Origin: a virus | Lineage: Duplodnaviria > Caudoviricetes | DNA length: 60,803 nucleotides | Strand: one strand, 5' to 3' | IMG/VR virus record: IMGVR_UViG_3300020044_008671 | Location: 1-60,803 of that record | In this document: one piece after another, positions 1 to 8,599 of the stretch | Numbering within the stretch: position 1 is the first letter of the stretch | How the letters are laid out: each line of letters opens with the position of its first letter | The notes under the pieces: generated by a model | The model's input: the letters and a program-made list of their open reading frames with translations, nothing else | Told to the model about the DNA's origin: nothing | Database searches by the model: none | Translations under genes and position numbers: made by a program

Positions 1-52
1 ATGATTAATGAATTAATAAATGGAGTCGGCTATGTTGGAGGAACAGACGGAC
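1..52 (+). repeat. 52-bp exact copy of 20055..20106 at the window start
   Basis: atgattaatgaattaataaatggagtcggctatgttggaggaacagacggac occurs at both 1..52 and 20055..20106, the latter inside CDS 19770..20465. Confidence 0.9.
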
Positions 53-149
53 ATGGCGCATGATTAAAGGACTGCAACCCAACACATTGCAACTAGTTGG
101 AGCGACTTTCTGCCCTTGCGTATTTATTTATGCCAGTGCGGGTGCAATC

Positions 150-534
150 ATGCCGGGGGGACTTTGTAAATTTTATCGTGATGGTGTAGGTTGATAATAT
201 GATAACCTGTTTAAGCCCCTTATAAGGAAGAGGCTATAAAAAAAGAGGGTATGGGGGTATAATTAGGCCGGGGGGGGGTATTGTAAAAAACTTGGATTAT
301 GGGGGTACAAAATAACGGTATGCTATTTTAGGTTCTAAAAGGGGTGTTTTCTCGGGTATTTGGAGACTTAATTTTGTAAGAGGTTGATAATCAATGGTAG
401 TGTTTAGGCTAAAAATGGGGTATTATTGAGGTAGTAAGAAAAGCTAAAGCATTGATACTCTAGGGTTGTGATAATCCAAGTAAATTAAGGGGGTAGATTT
501 TCAAAAATCGACTAGGAAGTTTCGGGTTTGGGGA
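150..534. other. Non-coding region with strand-biased G-tracts; possible genome terminus or packaging region
   Basis: No ORF; G-runs at 155-160, 253-257, 270-278, 301-305, 341-344, 417-420 and 489-493, five of them reading GGGGTA. Confidence 0.5.
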
Positions 535-861
535 TTAGATTGGTGTTTCAATATTGAAGAGTTCTTTGGTGATAATACTTTGTGCTTGGTAAAGTTTGGC
601 GTCGGCGATCATTTGTTTATGGTGATTATAAATATCCTTGGTATGCAGGGTTAGGAGGAAAGGTATAGCAGGATGGACGTTCATTGCTTTACATATTTTG
701 TTGTATAGGGGCAATTGGAGGTATCTACACTTATCTTTTTCTAGTTTGCATAGGTAAGCCTGGGTAATTTCTGCTGCTAGTGCTACATCGCATTGTTTAA
801 GGTTTCGTTGTTTTCTGATGTAGATAATAGCTTGTCCAAGTGTGTTGATGGTTGATTCCAT
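535..861 (-). CDS. XRE-family helix-turn-helix regulator
   Basis: LGQAIIYIRKQRNLKQCDVALAAEITQAYLCKLEK fits the HTH_3 pattern. Confidence 0.85.
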   Translation of the reverse strand: MESTINTLGQAIIYIRKQRNLKQCDVALAAEITQAYLCKLEKDKCRYLQLPLYNKICKAMNVHPAIPFLLTLHTKDIYNHHKQMIADAKLYQAQSIITKELFNIETPI

Positions 862-1082
862 AGGTAAGGGGTTACTTTTTTAGGTAGGGGTAGTTTAGCG
901 TCTATTCTTCTTGCTGTAAACTGCAGGATTCTAATTTGGGATTGTAGCTCTTGTATTTGTAGTAGGATTTGGTGTTTAGCTTCTACTGATACTGGGGAGT
1001 AGTTGATGGCAAAGTAGAGTCCTAAGATAGCTTCGTCTTTAGCAAAGATCTTGTCGGTAACATTTTCATAGTCTGCTCTCAT
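783..1082 (-). CDS. Hypothetical protein
   Basis: Start overlaps the stop of the KilA-N gene (ATGA); 3' end overlaps the XRE gene. Confidence 0.55.
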   Translation of the reverse strand: MRADYENVTDKIFAKDEAILGLYFAINYSPVSVEAKHQILLQIQELQSQIRILQFTARRIDAKLPLPKKVTPYLWNQPSTHLDKLLSTSENNETLNNAM

Positions 1083-1690
1083 TTTATCCTTCCTCCTTCG
1101 GCAATTCCTATTCTTACTGCATCACTAGTATTTCTCAGTACATTGCAAAGAAGGGATATTGCATTGTGGATCTGATTACGTTGGCTAAGTTGCTCTTCTG
1201 TAGCTTGTTGCCAGTCTTCTACGTTGCATTTTAGTCTTATTGCATCAGCCACCTTTGAGATAAACGATGGAAAGGCTGCTTTGTTTGAATGGAGCGCATA
1301 TAACGATCCTGCCATCTTCTTGTAAGTGTCTCCACTATCGTTTCTGTTCTTAATCAAATGGTCAAATAGCCATTCGTAAACCTCAATCTTTAATTCTGGA
1401 CTCATTGCTAACGCCATGTCAATAAACAATAAAGGATGCGCCCATGTATGTTGACCTCTACCCCTAGCACTAATTTTTGCTTTTCCATGTTTCTTTTCTA
1501 GGGCTGCTATAAATTCTAGCGTATTTTTATTTTTAAGCCATTGAGTCGTATCAAAGGATTGTAGCCCATTAGCCATTCTCCACTTATTGCCTGCCCTGCC
1601 TAAGTCAGTCAGCGATAAAAATTCCGTTTTTGATTGTTGGTGAACTACTGTTCCTAATAATTCACGCTTCATTAATACTTCTGTTTTCAT
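1079..1690 (-). CDS. KilA-N domain DNA-binding protein (start revised to 1690)
   Basis: FLSLTDL...WLKNKNTLEFI...GRGQHTWAHPLLFIDMAL.MSPEL is a KilA-N signature; a promoter motif lies inside the longer annotated N-terminus. Confidence 0.85.
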   Translation of the reverse strand: MKTEVLMKRELLGTVVHQQSKTEFLSLTDLGRAGNKWRMANGLQSFDTTQWLKNKNTLEFIAALEKKHGKAKISARGRGQHTWAHPLLFIDMALAMSPELKIEVYEWLFDHLIKNRNDSGDTYKKMAGSLYALHSNKAAFPSFISKVADAIRLKCNVEDWQQATEEQLSQRNQIHNAISLLCNVLRNTSDAVRIGIAEGGRIK

Positions 1691-1710
1691 AAAGGTAGTT
1701 GTTTTATTTG

Positions 1711-1718
1711 CAAATATA
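1711..1718 (-). promoter_or_regulatory. Bacteroidota -7 promoter element TATATTTG
   Basis: Matches TAnnTTTG, 20 nt upstream of the ATG at 1690. Confidence 0.7.
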
Positions 1719-1818
1719 AACAACCTTTAAATAGGTTCCTAATATTTTCTAATAATTTAATACCCTTTTTTACTATGAAGCGATTTTTATATAAAAACCA
1801 AGGATTTTATGGTAATGC

Positions 1819-2379
1819 CTATTTTATAATCGTGATCTCTGTTGTCAGATCAAAGGAAGGGCCTTCTTCATCTTTCGTTTCAAACCATGGACCAGCTAAT
1901 CGAGGAAACAACCAAATTTTGGTAGCTTGATCTTCAACAATTCTAACATAGTCTAATGAATTAAATCCGTTCCATATATTGGGCATCGACACTCGACATA
2001 TATCTAAATAATACATTCCGTTGTCTAACCCTATATTGCACCTGTATTCTACTCCAGGGATAATTATAAAGTTGTAAATAGGCAACATGATCGTATTGCC
2101 CTTGCGATGGATATACATGATAGGCTTATACATAAATTCAGGGGTTTGGCTGATTATATTTTTTACCGGAGCCTTTCTGATTCCTAGCCTTACGGAGTTT
2201 CTTCCAAACAAATCCGATATTCCTGCTACCTTGTGGGTATAAGAGTCTTTGTCATCTAACGCCAGTTGCTTGTCCCACCCATCCATCAAGGTAAAGGTAA
2301 ATGACAACAGGTTTTTATTAGCCGTTTTTATTATTGGAGGAATGGTGCAATTGTTGCCTGCGTAGATAATTGTTTTCAT
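1819..2379 (-). CDS. Hypothetical beta-rich protein, paralog of 60389..>60803
   Basis: THKVAGISDLFGRNSVRLGIRK aligns by eye to THKIIGLADLLGKYSIRMGFRR. Confidence 0.75.
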   Translation of the reverse strand: MKTIIYAGNNCTIPPIIKTANKNLLSFTFTLMDGWDKQLALDDKDSYTHKVAGISDLFGRNSVRLGIRKAPVKNIISQTPEFMYKPIMYIHRKGNTIMLPIYNFIIIPGVEYRCNIGLDNGMYYLDICRVSMPNIWNGFNSLDYVRIVEDQATKIWLFPRLAGPWFETKDEEGPSFDLTTEITIIK

Positions 2380-2690
2380 GTATGAGTTATATAATAATTT
2401 ATATTATTTACGGTATTTACGGTATTTACGGTTTCGTTCGGAGGATTCATCAATTCAAAGGCCTCTTTTTCAAGCCTTTGTCTATGTAATACATCAACAA
2501 GTATTTCAAAATCGTGTACATTTATCTTTTCTAACAAATGGTTATAAGCTGCTTTAGCTCGCTGATAGCCTACTTCGTTTGTTGTTTTGCTGTTGTCTAA
2601 TACTATACATAAGGCTGCCATGCAAGTAAAGGCATAATCAATCCCCATCTCTACGATAGGGAGTGATTCGTTGTCATCTAGCTCATCCAT
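2376..2690 (-). CDS. Hypothetical protein
   Basis: ORF translationally coupled at both ends. Confidence 0.7.
   Translation of the reverse strand: MDELDDNESLPIVEMGIDYAFTCMAALCIVLDNSKTTNEVGYQRAKAAYNHLLEKINVHDFEILVDVLHRQRLEKEAFELMNPPNETVNTVNTVNNINYYITHT
2405..2431. repeat. 9-bp tandem repeat (tatttacgg) x3
   Basis: Read directly; encodes TVN repeats in 2376..2690. Confidence 0.85.
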
Positions 2691-3229
2691 TATAGGGCTA
2701 CTTGTTTTAGTTCAAATTCCTTAACTATCTCAATCAATGGAAAGCCTTGTCTGTCATCTACAAATGTGTCTAAAAAAGCATCTGTAATTTTCGGCAATGG
2801 CTCTCCTGCTAATTTACATAAATTAATCGCATAATACTGCTTCCAATAGAAGAACTGGCGTGTAGAGTTTCTTCCTCCCATCTTTTGATGATATACTGCC
2901 GTTGTCTTTAGCTTTGCCTGCCATGCGTTAATTTCTTCTTTAACTCCTGCAAGAGATGGCTTTTTCATAAAATCAATGAAGCCCTTTTCGGAAAGATAGC
3001 TCCCAAGTTCAATGTCATCACAATTTGGTACGTCAGGGTTTTGATTGCCTAATGTCTTGATTAGCATGTCAGTTGTTGGTTTGCTTAAATCTTTCCACCA
3101 TCGTTGTAATGAAGGCATTAATTGTTTTTCGTCCATAGTTTCTAGCGTAGGCAGAAACCATTCAGGCACTTGGTTGGGTGCTTCTAACAAGGCTTTCTTG
3201 TAGAAATCGTAGTTTGGAGTTTCGTTCAT
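2690..3229 (-). CDS. Hypothetical protein
   Basis: 179-aa ORF with an A-rich leader, within the operon. Confidence 0.75.
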   Translation of the reverse strand: MNETPNYDFYKKALLEAPNQVPEWFLPTLETMDEKQLMPSLQRWWKDLSKPTTDMLIKTLGNQNPDVPNCDDIELGSYLSEKGFIDFMKKPSLAGVKEEINAWQAKLKTTAVYHQKMGGRNSTRQFFYWKQYYAINLCKLAGEPLPKITDAFLDTFVDDRQGFPLIEIVKEFELKQVAL

Positions 3230-3256
3230 TTTTTTATTATATTAGTTATGATTATA

Positions 3257-3754
3257 TTAAATATGCTTCCAGATTTCTCTTCTTTTAATGTCGCCTATTA
3301 GTACATTGCTTACTCCGTAATCAATAGCAATTATACGAAGACTTCTTGAATCTGATCTGATTTGTAATACTTGTGCCTCTGTTAATTTAGATAAGCCATG
3401 CCTTTCGCCTTTAGGTGCTACATTTAATCCTGTATCAAAAGCATGTTGATTATTTTCTGATTGTGTAGACCACTCTAAGTTTATTGCTCTACAATCTGTC
3501 TTAATTCCGTTCTTATGGTTAACTGTTTTCTTGTTTTCTGGGTTAGGGATAAAAGCCTCTGCAACTAATCTATGAACTAATTTAGTATATCCTTTACCCT
3601 TAATGTGAAGATAAACTTTAGGATAGCCCCCTAGATTTAATCCAATTTTCAGTTGTCTTAATTCGCCATTAACATTCCCGCTCGATTTTTTATTGCTAAA
3701 TATGTTTCCCAACTCATTAACAAAGTAACCTTCAAAGTTTTCTATTTCCTTCAT
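3257..3754 (-). CDS. NUMOD4/HNH homing endonuclease
   Basis: FEGYFVNELGNIFS N-terminus; VHRLVAEAFIPNPENKKTVNHKNGIKTD...NLEW.T.SEN..HA; C-terminal KLTEAQV HTH. Confidence 0.92.
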   Translation of the reverse strand: MKEIENFEGYFVNELGNIFSNKKSSGNVNGELRQLKIGLNLGGYPKVYLHIKGKGYTKLVHRLVAEAFIPNPENKKTVNHKNGIKTDCRAINLEWSTQSENNQHAFDTGLNVAPKGERHGLSKLTEAQVLQIRSDSRSLRIIAIDYGVSNVLIGDIKRREIWKHI

Positions 3755-3762
3755 AATAGTAA

Positions 3763-4137
3763 TTAAATTAGTTTGACTATAGTATCATTATTAAATTTTT
3801 CGCTTATTCCAATCCAATCAGAAACGTCTTCAGCATTTGCCAGTGTCACTAACTCATAGGCCGTAACTCCAAATTCGTTAGTACGAATGTAATTCATTAC
3901 CTCCAACATATCAGCAGCCTCCCCTTGCCTATATGTTCCCACAATAGCCTCATGGATAGATTGTAGCTTAGGATATTTGCTAAATTTCTCGTTGTCAATC
4001 AACTCCACCATCTTCCGGCAAAGGTCAGCATCAAACATGCAGTTGTACAATAACCACCTTGCAGGATTACCCTTAATCGATGTCTTTTGTAAAGTAAACT
4101 GAGGAGATAAAGTTTCCCAATATTGGTTTGGTGTCAT
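3763..4137 (-). CDS. Stand-alone DnaB N-terminal-like domain protein
   Basis: KFSKYPKLQSIHEAIVGTYRQGEAADMLEVMNYI resembles the DnaB N-domain pattern F...HQ.IF.AI..L...G...D...V. Confidence 0.55.
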   Translation of the reverse strand: MTPNQYWETLSPQFTLQKTSIKGNPARWLLYNCMFDADLCRKMVELIDNEKFSKYPKLQSIHEAIVGTYRQGEAADMLEVMNYIRTNEFGVTAYELVTLANAEDVSDWIGISEKFNNDTIVKLI

Positions 4138-4139
4138 AG

Positions 4140-5495
4140 TTAAAATATATCGTCTTTAGTAAACCCATGAGACATGTTAATACCTGGATCTGAATTGTAA
4201 AATTGGTTAGTTCCCATATTACAATATCCGTAAACTACAATCTGAGCGTCCCCATCCCTATTTTTCTCAATGTGATACCCAATTCTATTTCTAAAAGATA
4301 CTCCATTCTCGTCCCTTGCCTCACTATCGTACACTTCTGGTCGATGCAGTAATATTACCGTATCTGCAGCCTCTTCAATACTCCCCGAATCTTTCAGATG
4401 GTAAATCTTAGGTTCTTTGTTGTCTGTTTTTACCGACTCTCTGTTTATCTGACACAAAAGAACGATGCAGATGTCTAGTCTTACTGCCAATGCTTTAAGT
4501 TCATTCACAATCTCGCCTAGCGCATTTGCCTTGCTCCCTTTACTCTCGTCAGTCTTCATAATTTGCAGGTAATCAATCACTACCAACTCACATTCAGACT
4601 CAAAACGCATCTTTGACAATACCCCTCGAAGCCTAAATAAGTCAATTGCTCCTGTATATTCCCTCACAAAACTATTGTTCTCTATCTTATAGGCTGCATT
4701 AACAAGCAAATCCCTTTCCTTATCGTTGATATGTCCGCTTTTAAGACGCTGATAATGAATGTCAGTCTCTATCGATAATTCTCTTCTATTCATTTGAGCC
4801 CTAGTCATCTCCATTGAAACAAACCCACATTTAGTTCCTCTCTTTTGAAGAGTAGCAGCTACCCACATAGCAAAAGCTGTCTTTCCTTGTCCACTACGTG
4901 CGCCAATAATGTTTAATGTACCCTTCTCATATCCTCCGTTCAGGTGCTTGTCTAAGTTTACTAACCCTAATGGAATTGCATTTGTCGACTTGCCATCTGC
5001 AGCAGCAAAAACTTCACTAATGGTAGAATGGATCTCATGTTCCTTTGTAGTAATAGAAGCCCCAATTGTGTTGATGCGTTCTAGCTGCGTTATCGCCATT
5101 GAACAAGCTCCTCTGCTGTCTGCCGTTAAATCCATTGAGTTTTCAGAGATCATACTTGCTATCCTGCCTAATTCTCGGTGTCTGTAAAGCTCCACCAATG
5201 CATCATATTGATGCTCAAAGCTTCCAGTAGTTTGCGCCACTATCTTAAACTTATTGATAGTAGCAGAATTTACGTTAAATCCTTTCTTTTTTAACTCAAT
5301 AGATAGATAAATAGCCTCCGGAACAGAAGTAATATCCTCAAATTTCTTGCAGATGCTCCATATAGCCTTGGACAATGGACTAGTAAAAATATTGTCATCA
5401 ATAGCGCCTAAAGCCTTGTTAAACAATGTTCTTGAAGATAATAGATGTCCTATTAATACTGTTTCTACCTCCTCGGAATTTAGTTGATTATTCAT
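4140..5495 (-). CDS. dnaB: Replicative DNA helicase
   Basis: Walker A IIGARSGQGKT, SMEM, VVIDYLQ, QINRE, LKDSGSIEEAAD, KNRDG. Confidence 0.96.
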   Translation of the reverse strand: MNNQLNSEEVETVLIGHLLSSRTLFNKALGAIDDNIFTSPLSKAIWSICKKFEDITSVPEAIYLSIELKKKGFNVNSATINKFKIVAQTTGSFEHQYDALVELYRHRELGRIASMISENSMDLTADSRGACSMAITQLERINTIGASITTKEHEIHSTISEVFAAADGKSTNAIPLGLVNLDKHLNGGYEKGTLNIIGARSGQGKTAFAMWVAATLQKRGTKCGFVSMEMTRAQMNRRELSIETDIHYQRLKSGHINDKERDLLVNAAYKIENNSFVREYTGAIDLFRLRGVLSKMRFESECELVVIDYLQIMKTDESKGSKANALGEIVNELKALAVRLDICIVLLCQINRESVKTDNKEPKIYHLKDSGSIEEAADTVILLHRPEVYDSEARDENGVSFRNRIGYHIEKNRDGDAQIVVYGYCNMGTNQFYNSDPGINMSHGFTKDDIF

Positions 5496-6219
5496 AGACT
5501 CTTCTTTTTGGTTCTGATGTTGCAGGTTTATTTTTTAACAGATGCATTGGTAGCCATGCTCTAAAATGTTGGCGCATGTCTGTTTCGTTTGCCCAAGTTT
5601 TATGCATGCCCGAATTATCAAAAACAAATTTGTCAAGTAAAATATAAATATCCCTATTTTCTTTGTAGTTGTTTTTTGCTAATACATCAATAAATGTTTC
5701 ATCGTTCTTCAGTTTTTTTAAAACTTCATTACAGTTTTTAGAATCTATTAAAGTATTAATAAGTTTCGACGTTGGCGTACTCTCTTCTTCTTCTCCTCTC
5801 TTCTCTTCTCTTCTCTTCTCTTCTATATTGCTTTCATTCGCTTTCATTTCGCTAACCGAAAGTAAAGCGGTCGGTTTTTGTCGCTGAATATCAATATGTT
5901 TAGACTTTGGCCTTCCCCCTAATTTGCCATTATCTGCATTTGTCTTACTAAGTTTATCCCTTTCTTCAAGTTGCTCGTCTAAAAATTTAATTCTAATTAA
6001 ACCATCGTCGTTTACCAAAATAAACCGTTCGGTTAAATTCGCTAACCGTTCGCTTTTATATCGTTTCTTTATATCATCAATAGTCAAAGCGCCTTGACGA
6101 TGCCAATACGTAGCGCATATATTTATAAATAACCCTTGGGTTTCCAAATCTTCATAAACAATATCGCCTGTAAGCCATTCTGCTGAATAAAATTTAAAAT
6201 AAGGTAAATTTTTAGCCAT
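5488..6219 (-). CDS. Phage replication initiator, DUF1376/lambda-O-like (start revised to 6219)
   Basis: MAKNLPYFKFYSAEWLTGDI...QGLFI.IC..YW; NGKLGGRPK; EEKRREE linker; directly upstream of dnaB. Confidence 0.8.
   Translation of the reverse strand: MAKNLPYFKFYSAEWLTGDIVYEDLETQGLFINICATYWHRQGALTIDDIKKRYKSERLANLTERFILVNDDGLIRIKFLDEQLEERDKLSKTNADNGKLGGRPKSKHIDIQRQKPTALLSVSEMKANESNIEEKRREEKRGEEEESTPTSKLINTLIDSKNCNEVLKKLKNDETFIDVLAKNNYKENRDIYILLDKFVFDNSGMHKTWANETDMRQHFRAWLPMHLLKNKPATSEPKRRVYE
5781..6058. other. Putative replication origin with iteron-like repeats inside the initiator gene
   Basis: TTCGCTAACCG at 5848-5858 and 6038-6048; AACCGTTCG at 6023 and 6044; palindrome AACCGTTCGGTT at 6023-6034; polypyrimidine (TTCTC)n tract at about 5781-5824. 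Confidence 0.5.
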
Positions 6220-6236
6220 AATACATTTAATAACAA

Positions 6237-6309
6237 AGCCTTGAAAAACAGAGTTAGGATTATCAGTCCCTAGAAACGTGTAGTTCGTTTCGCTCTGCCT
6301 TTCAAGGCT
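6237..6309 (-). ncRNA. Putative structured 5' leader (multibranch RNA) of the initiator operon
   Basis: Nested inverted repeats: AGCCTTGAAA/TTTCAAGGCT, CAGAG/CTCTG, TAGG/CCTA, GAAACG/CGTTTC. Confidence 0.55.
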
Positions 6310-6354
6310 CTTAATTTCTTTACTACATTTTAAGCAGTTGATTAGTCTGCTTGG

Positions 6355-6362
6355 CAAACATA
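6355..6362 (-). promoter_or_regulatory. -7 promoter element TATGTTTG for the replication operon
   Basis: TAnnTTTG match in the intergenic region after terL. Confidence 0.6.
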
Positions 6363-6401
6363 ATTAAAAATGACAACCATCCAAATAATTGTTAATAAAA
6401 T

Positions 6402-8267
6402 TTATGTCCGAACATTAATTTCCACATCTTCATAATAAACCCTTCCATCACGTCCTCTTTTTAAAACCCTGGTAGTCAATACTTGTTGCGACTCTGTTAC
6501 TTTTTCTCTTGCTCTGCGTAAGTCTTCCTCATAAAGCTCACAACCAATCATAGCATCTGCAACGTCGGTATTTAACTGCAAAAAGTTCTCTAAATCACGC
6601 ATAATTAGCTCAAAGTCCTGCCGATCTACATGACTTAATAAGAACTTAAAGAAAATATCATTAGCCCTAGCACCAGTTTTGTTTTTGTACCAACCATATT
6701 TCCTAGAAGTCTCATATTTAATTCCAAGGTTAATCGGTTTTTTGGCAAGTAGGTGCAAAGCTCCTGCATCTTTGTATTTAGTAAAGGCTACCTCTCCTCT
6801 GTTCATCTCAAGCATACTTGGTGCGCCAAAATAAAAGTTTTGTAACATCGTTTTTTGTTGATAGGCAAAGTCAGCATCCATTGTTCGATCAAGATAGATG
6901 GCTACATACTTTTGCTCCACCCTATTTTTGATGACAAGGCAATCACTAGAACCTTCGTCAATATCGGCATCTCCATAAGGTATTGGATCATTACCTGCTA
7001 TGTACGGATAAGTCAATTGTCCTTTTAGTCCCCCTTTTGGAAGTTGGGTAATAAAAAAATTACCCTTATTGTTAGGCGTAGCCACAATGTCGCCATGCAT
7101 ACCATACTCTAAGTCATAAGTAAAGCATGGCAAGACACTTTCAGCCCTGTTAAATATCTCACGAGAACGTACCTCCACCTTTTTCATGATGTTTTCAGGC
7201 AACTTGCCTTTACCGGAAGAAGAAACTACCTCTTCAATGGTCAATGGGTAGTTCTTGATACGAGCCTCTAACCTACTTTTGTCCTCTAGCTTTTCTAATA
7301 AGTCTCTTTCACGTAATATAACCTCGGTAGCAAACTTCTCATTGTTCCATCCGTTTTGTGTACCGGGGATCTGCGTTATCTGACCTTCTTCGTTTTCATA
7401 TTGTGTCATCGCCATCCATGCAGGAACCATAATTACTACGGTCCTACTTGCATCTTCCCCTACCTTGATAATATCACGAAGTGCATTTAGACTAGCTTGC
7501 GGAATGTCCTTTTCTACCGTTCCTCCCCACAAAAGATTACCAACCCTCAACATACCTTTCTCTAAAGTAGGATATAAAGAATCAAGTAAGGCAACTCTAT
7601 TAGTATGCAAAGGAAACTCATCAAGAAACACATACAGCATCCTTGCTACTGAGAAAGAACTAGGATTTTTTACAGTCTCGGTACAGAAAATATCAGGAAA
7701 CACAGCCTTTTCGTCCCCATCTTTAGTGACTATATTCTGTATTACTTGCAGGTAAGAATGGTTTTTAGTTTGCGACAACGATTTCTTAGTTAGCGCAATA
7801 TCAGGATCTAAGCCATCCCAAAAAGGAAGCGTCTTCTCTTTAAACATCTTACTAATACGATCAAGGTCGCAACTAGTCATCCCTGTATGGCAACCAGGAT
7901 TAGTCTGTATAAAGTAAAAAGGAAGACAGCCTGCCCCAATAGACGTTAATCCAAACTCTCGTCGTTTAACAACCCCCACATCATACCTTTTGTCAAATCC
8001 ATACTTAATCTGCTCAAATACTATCTCATCAGCCTCTCGCCAATGCGGACGAATAGGAGATCCATAGTTATCTTGAATCCAACCCTCTTGAATATAAAAG
8101 TAATGCATGCCCGATAGTCCTGCATAACCCTCGGTCCACCTTTTTTCTTGAATATCCCAATATTTACGCCTTTCAGCACCAGTATTAAAAGTAGGCTTAG
8201 ACACTCTGACGTATTTAGCAGGCCTTTCGTTAATGTGATTATGTATATGGAAAGGAGTTTCTATCAT
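6402..8267 (-). CDS. terL: Terminase large subunit (crAss-like type)
   Basis: GLSGMHYFY; Walker A variant VVKRREFGLTS; Walker B VFLDEF; WGGT; nuclease motifs IAGNDP, EMNRG, DVADA. Confidence 0.9.
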   Translation of the reverse strand: MIETPFHIHNHINERPAKYVRVSKPTFNTGAERRKYWDIQEKRWTEGYAGLSGMHYFYIQEGWIQDNYGSPIRPHWREADEIVFEQIKYGFDKRYDVGVVKRREFGLTSIGAGCLPFYFIQTNPGCHTGMTSCDLDRISKMFKEKTLPFWDGLDPDIALTKKSLSQTKNHSYLQVIQNIVTKDGDEKAVFPDIFCTETVKNPSSFSVARMLYVFLDEFPLHTNRVALLDSLYPTLEKGMLRVGNLLWGGTVEKDIPQASLNALRDIIKVGEDASRTVVIMVPAWMAMTQYENEEGQITQIPGTQNGWNNEKFATEVILRERDLLEKLEDKSRLEARIKNYPLTIEEVVSSSGKGKLPENIMKKVEVRSREIFNRAESVLPCFTYDLEYGMHGDIVATPNNKGNFFITQLPKGGLKGQLTYPYIAGNDPIPYGDADIDEGSSDCLVIKNRVEQKYVAIYLDRTMDADFAYQQKTMLQNFYFGAPSMLEMNRGEVAFTKYKDAGALHLLAKKPINLGIKYETSRKYGWYKNKTGARANDIFFKFLLSHVDRQDFELIMRDLENFLQLNTDVADAMIGCELYEEDLRRAREKVTESQQVLTTRVLKRGRDGRVYYEDVEINVRT

Positions 8268-8295
8268 ATATTAATAGACTTAATTAATTTTATCT

Positions 8296-8598
8296 TCATA
8301 ATATTTTCCATACTATAATACCATTATCACTCGCATTGGTACTTTTAATTGTAAAACTTACCCCAACAACTATCTCGTCAATGTCAACGTATAAATGTCC
8401 TATCGCTGTTGCCGTTGATTGCTTACGTGAAAGTACTACGTTCTTTCCTGCATTGATATTTGTTACCGTTGCACGACCAAGAACAAGTTGTATTTCTCCT
8501 TCTAATGCATCGTTCACGATTACATCCTCAAAGTAAACTGATGAAACTAACTCTAATGTTCCATCTTCATTCTGTTTCCACGTTTCGTTATAACCCAT
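8296..8598 (-). CDS. Small fibre tip-like protein
   Basis: GRATVTN...VVLSR...GHLYV...GVSFTIKSTNASDNGIIVWKI resembles C-terminal domains of phage fibres. Confidence 0.55.
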   Translation of the reverse strand: MGYNETWKQNEDGTLELVSSVYFEDVIVNDALEGEIQLVLGRATVTNINAGKNVVLSRKQSTATAIGHLYVDIDEIVVGVSFTIKSTNASDNGIIVWKIL

Positions 8599-8599
8599 C

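Noticed and set aside
53-160. Possible structured RNA (GCATGATT/AATCATGC, CCAAC/GTTGG, CAACTAGTTG)
   Set aside because: The stems are short and compete with each other, there is no tRNA cloverleaf or recognisable family, and it is next to a suspect contig tip
6220-6357. Track's longer N-termini for the initiator, and likewise for ORFs annotated from 1723, 9917, 54165, 54843 and 55697
   Set aside because: The extensions run through promoter motifs, RNA structure or upstream genes; downstream ATGs have better context
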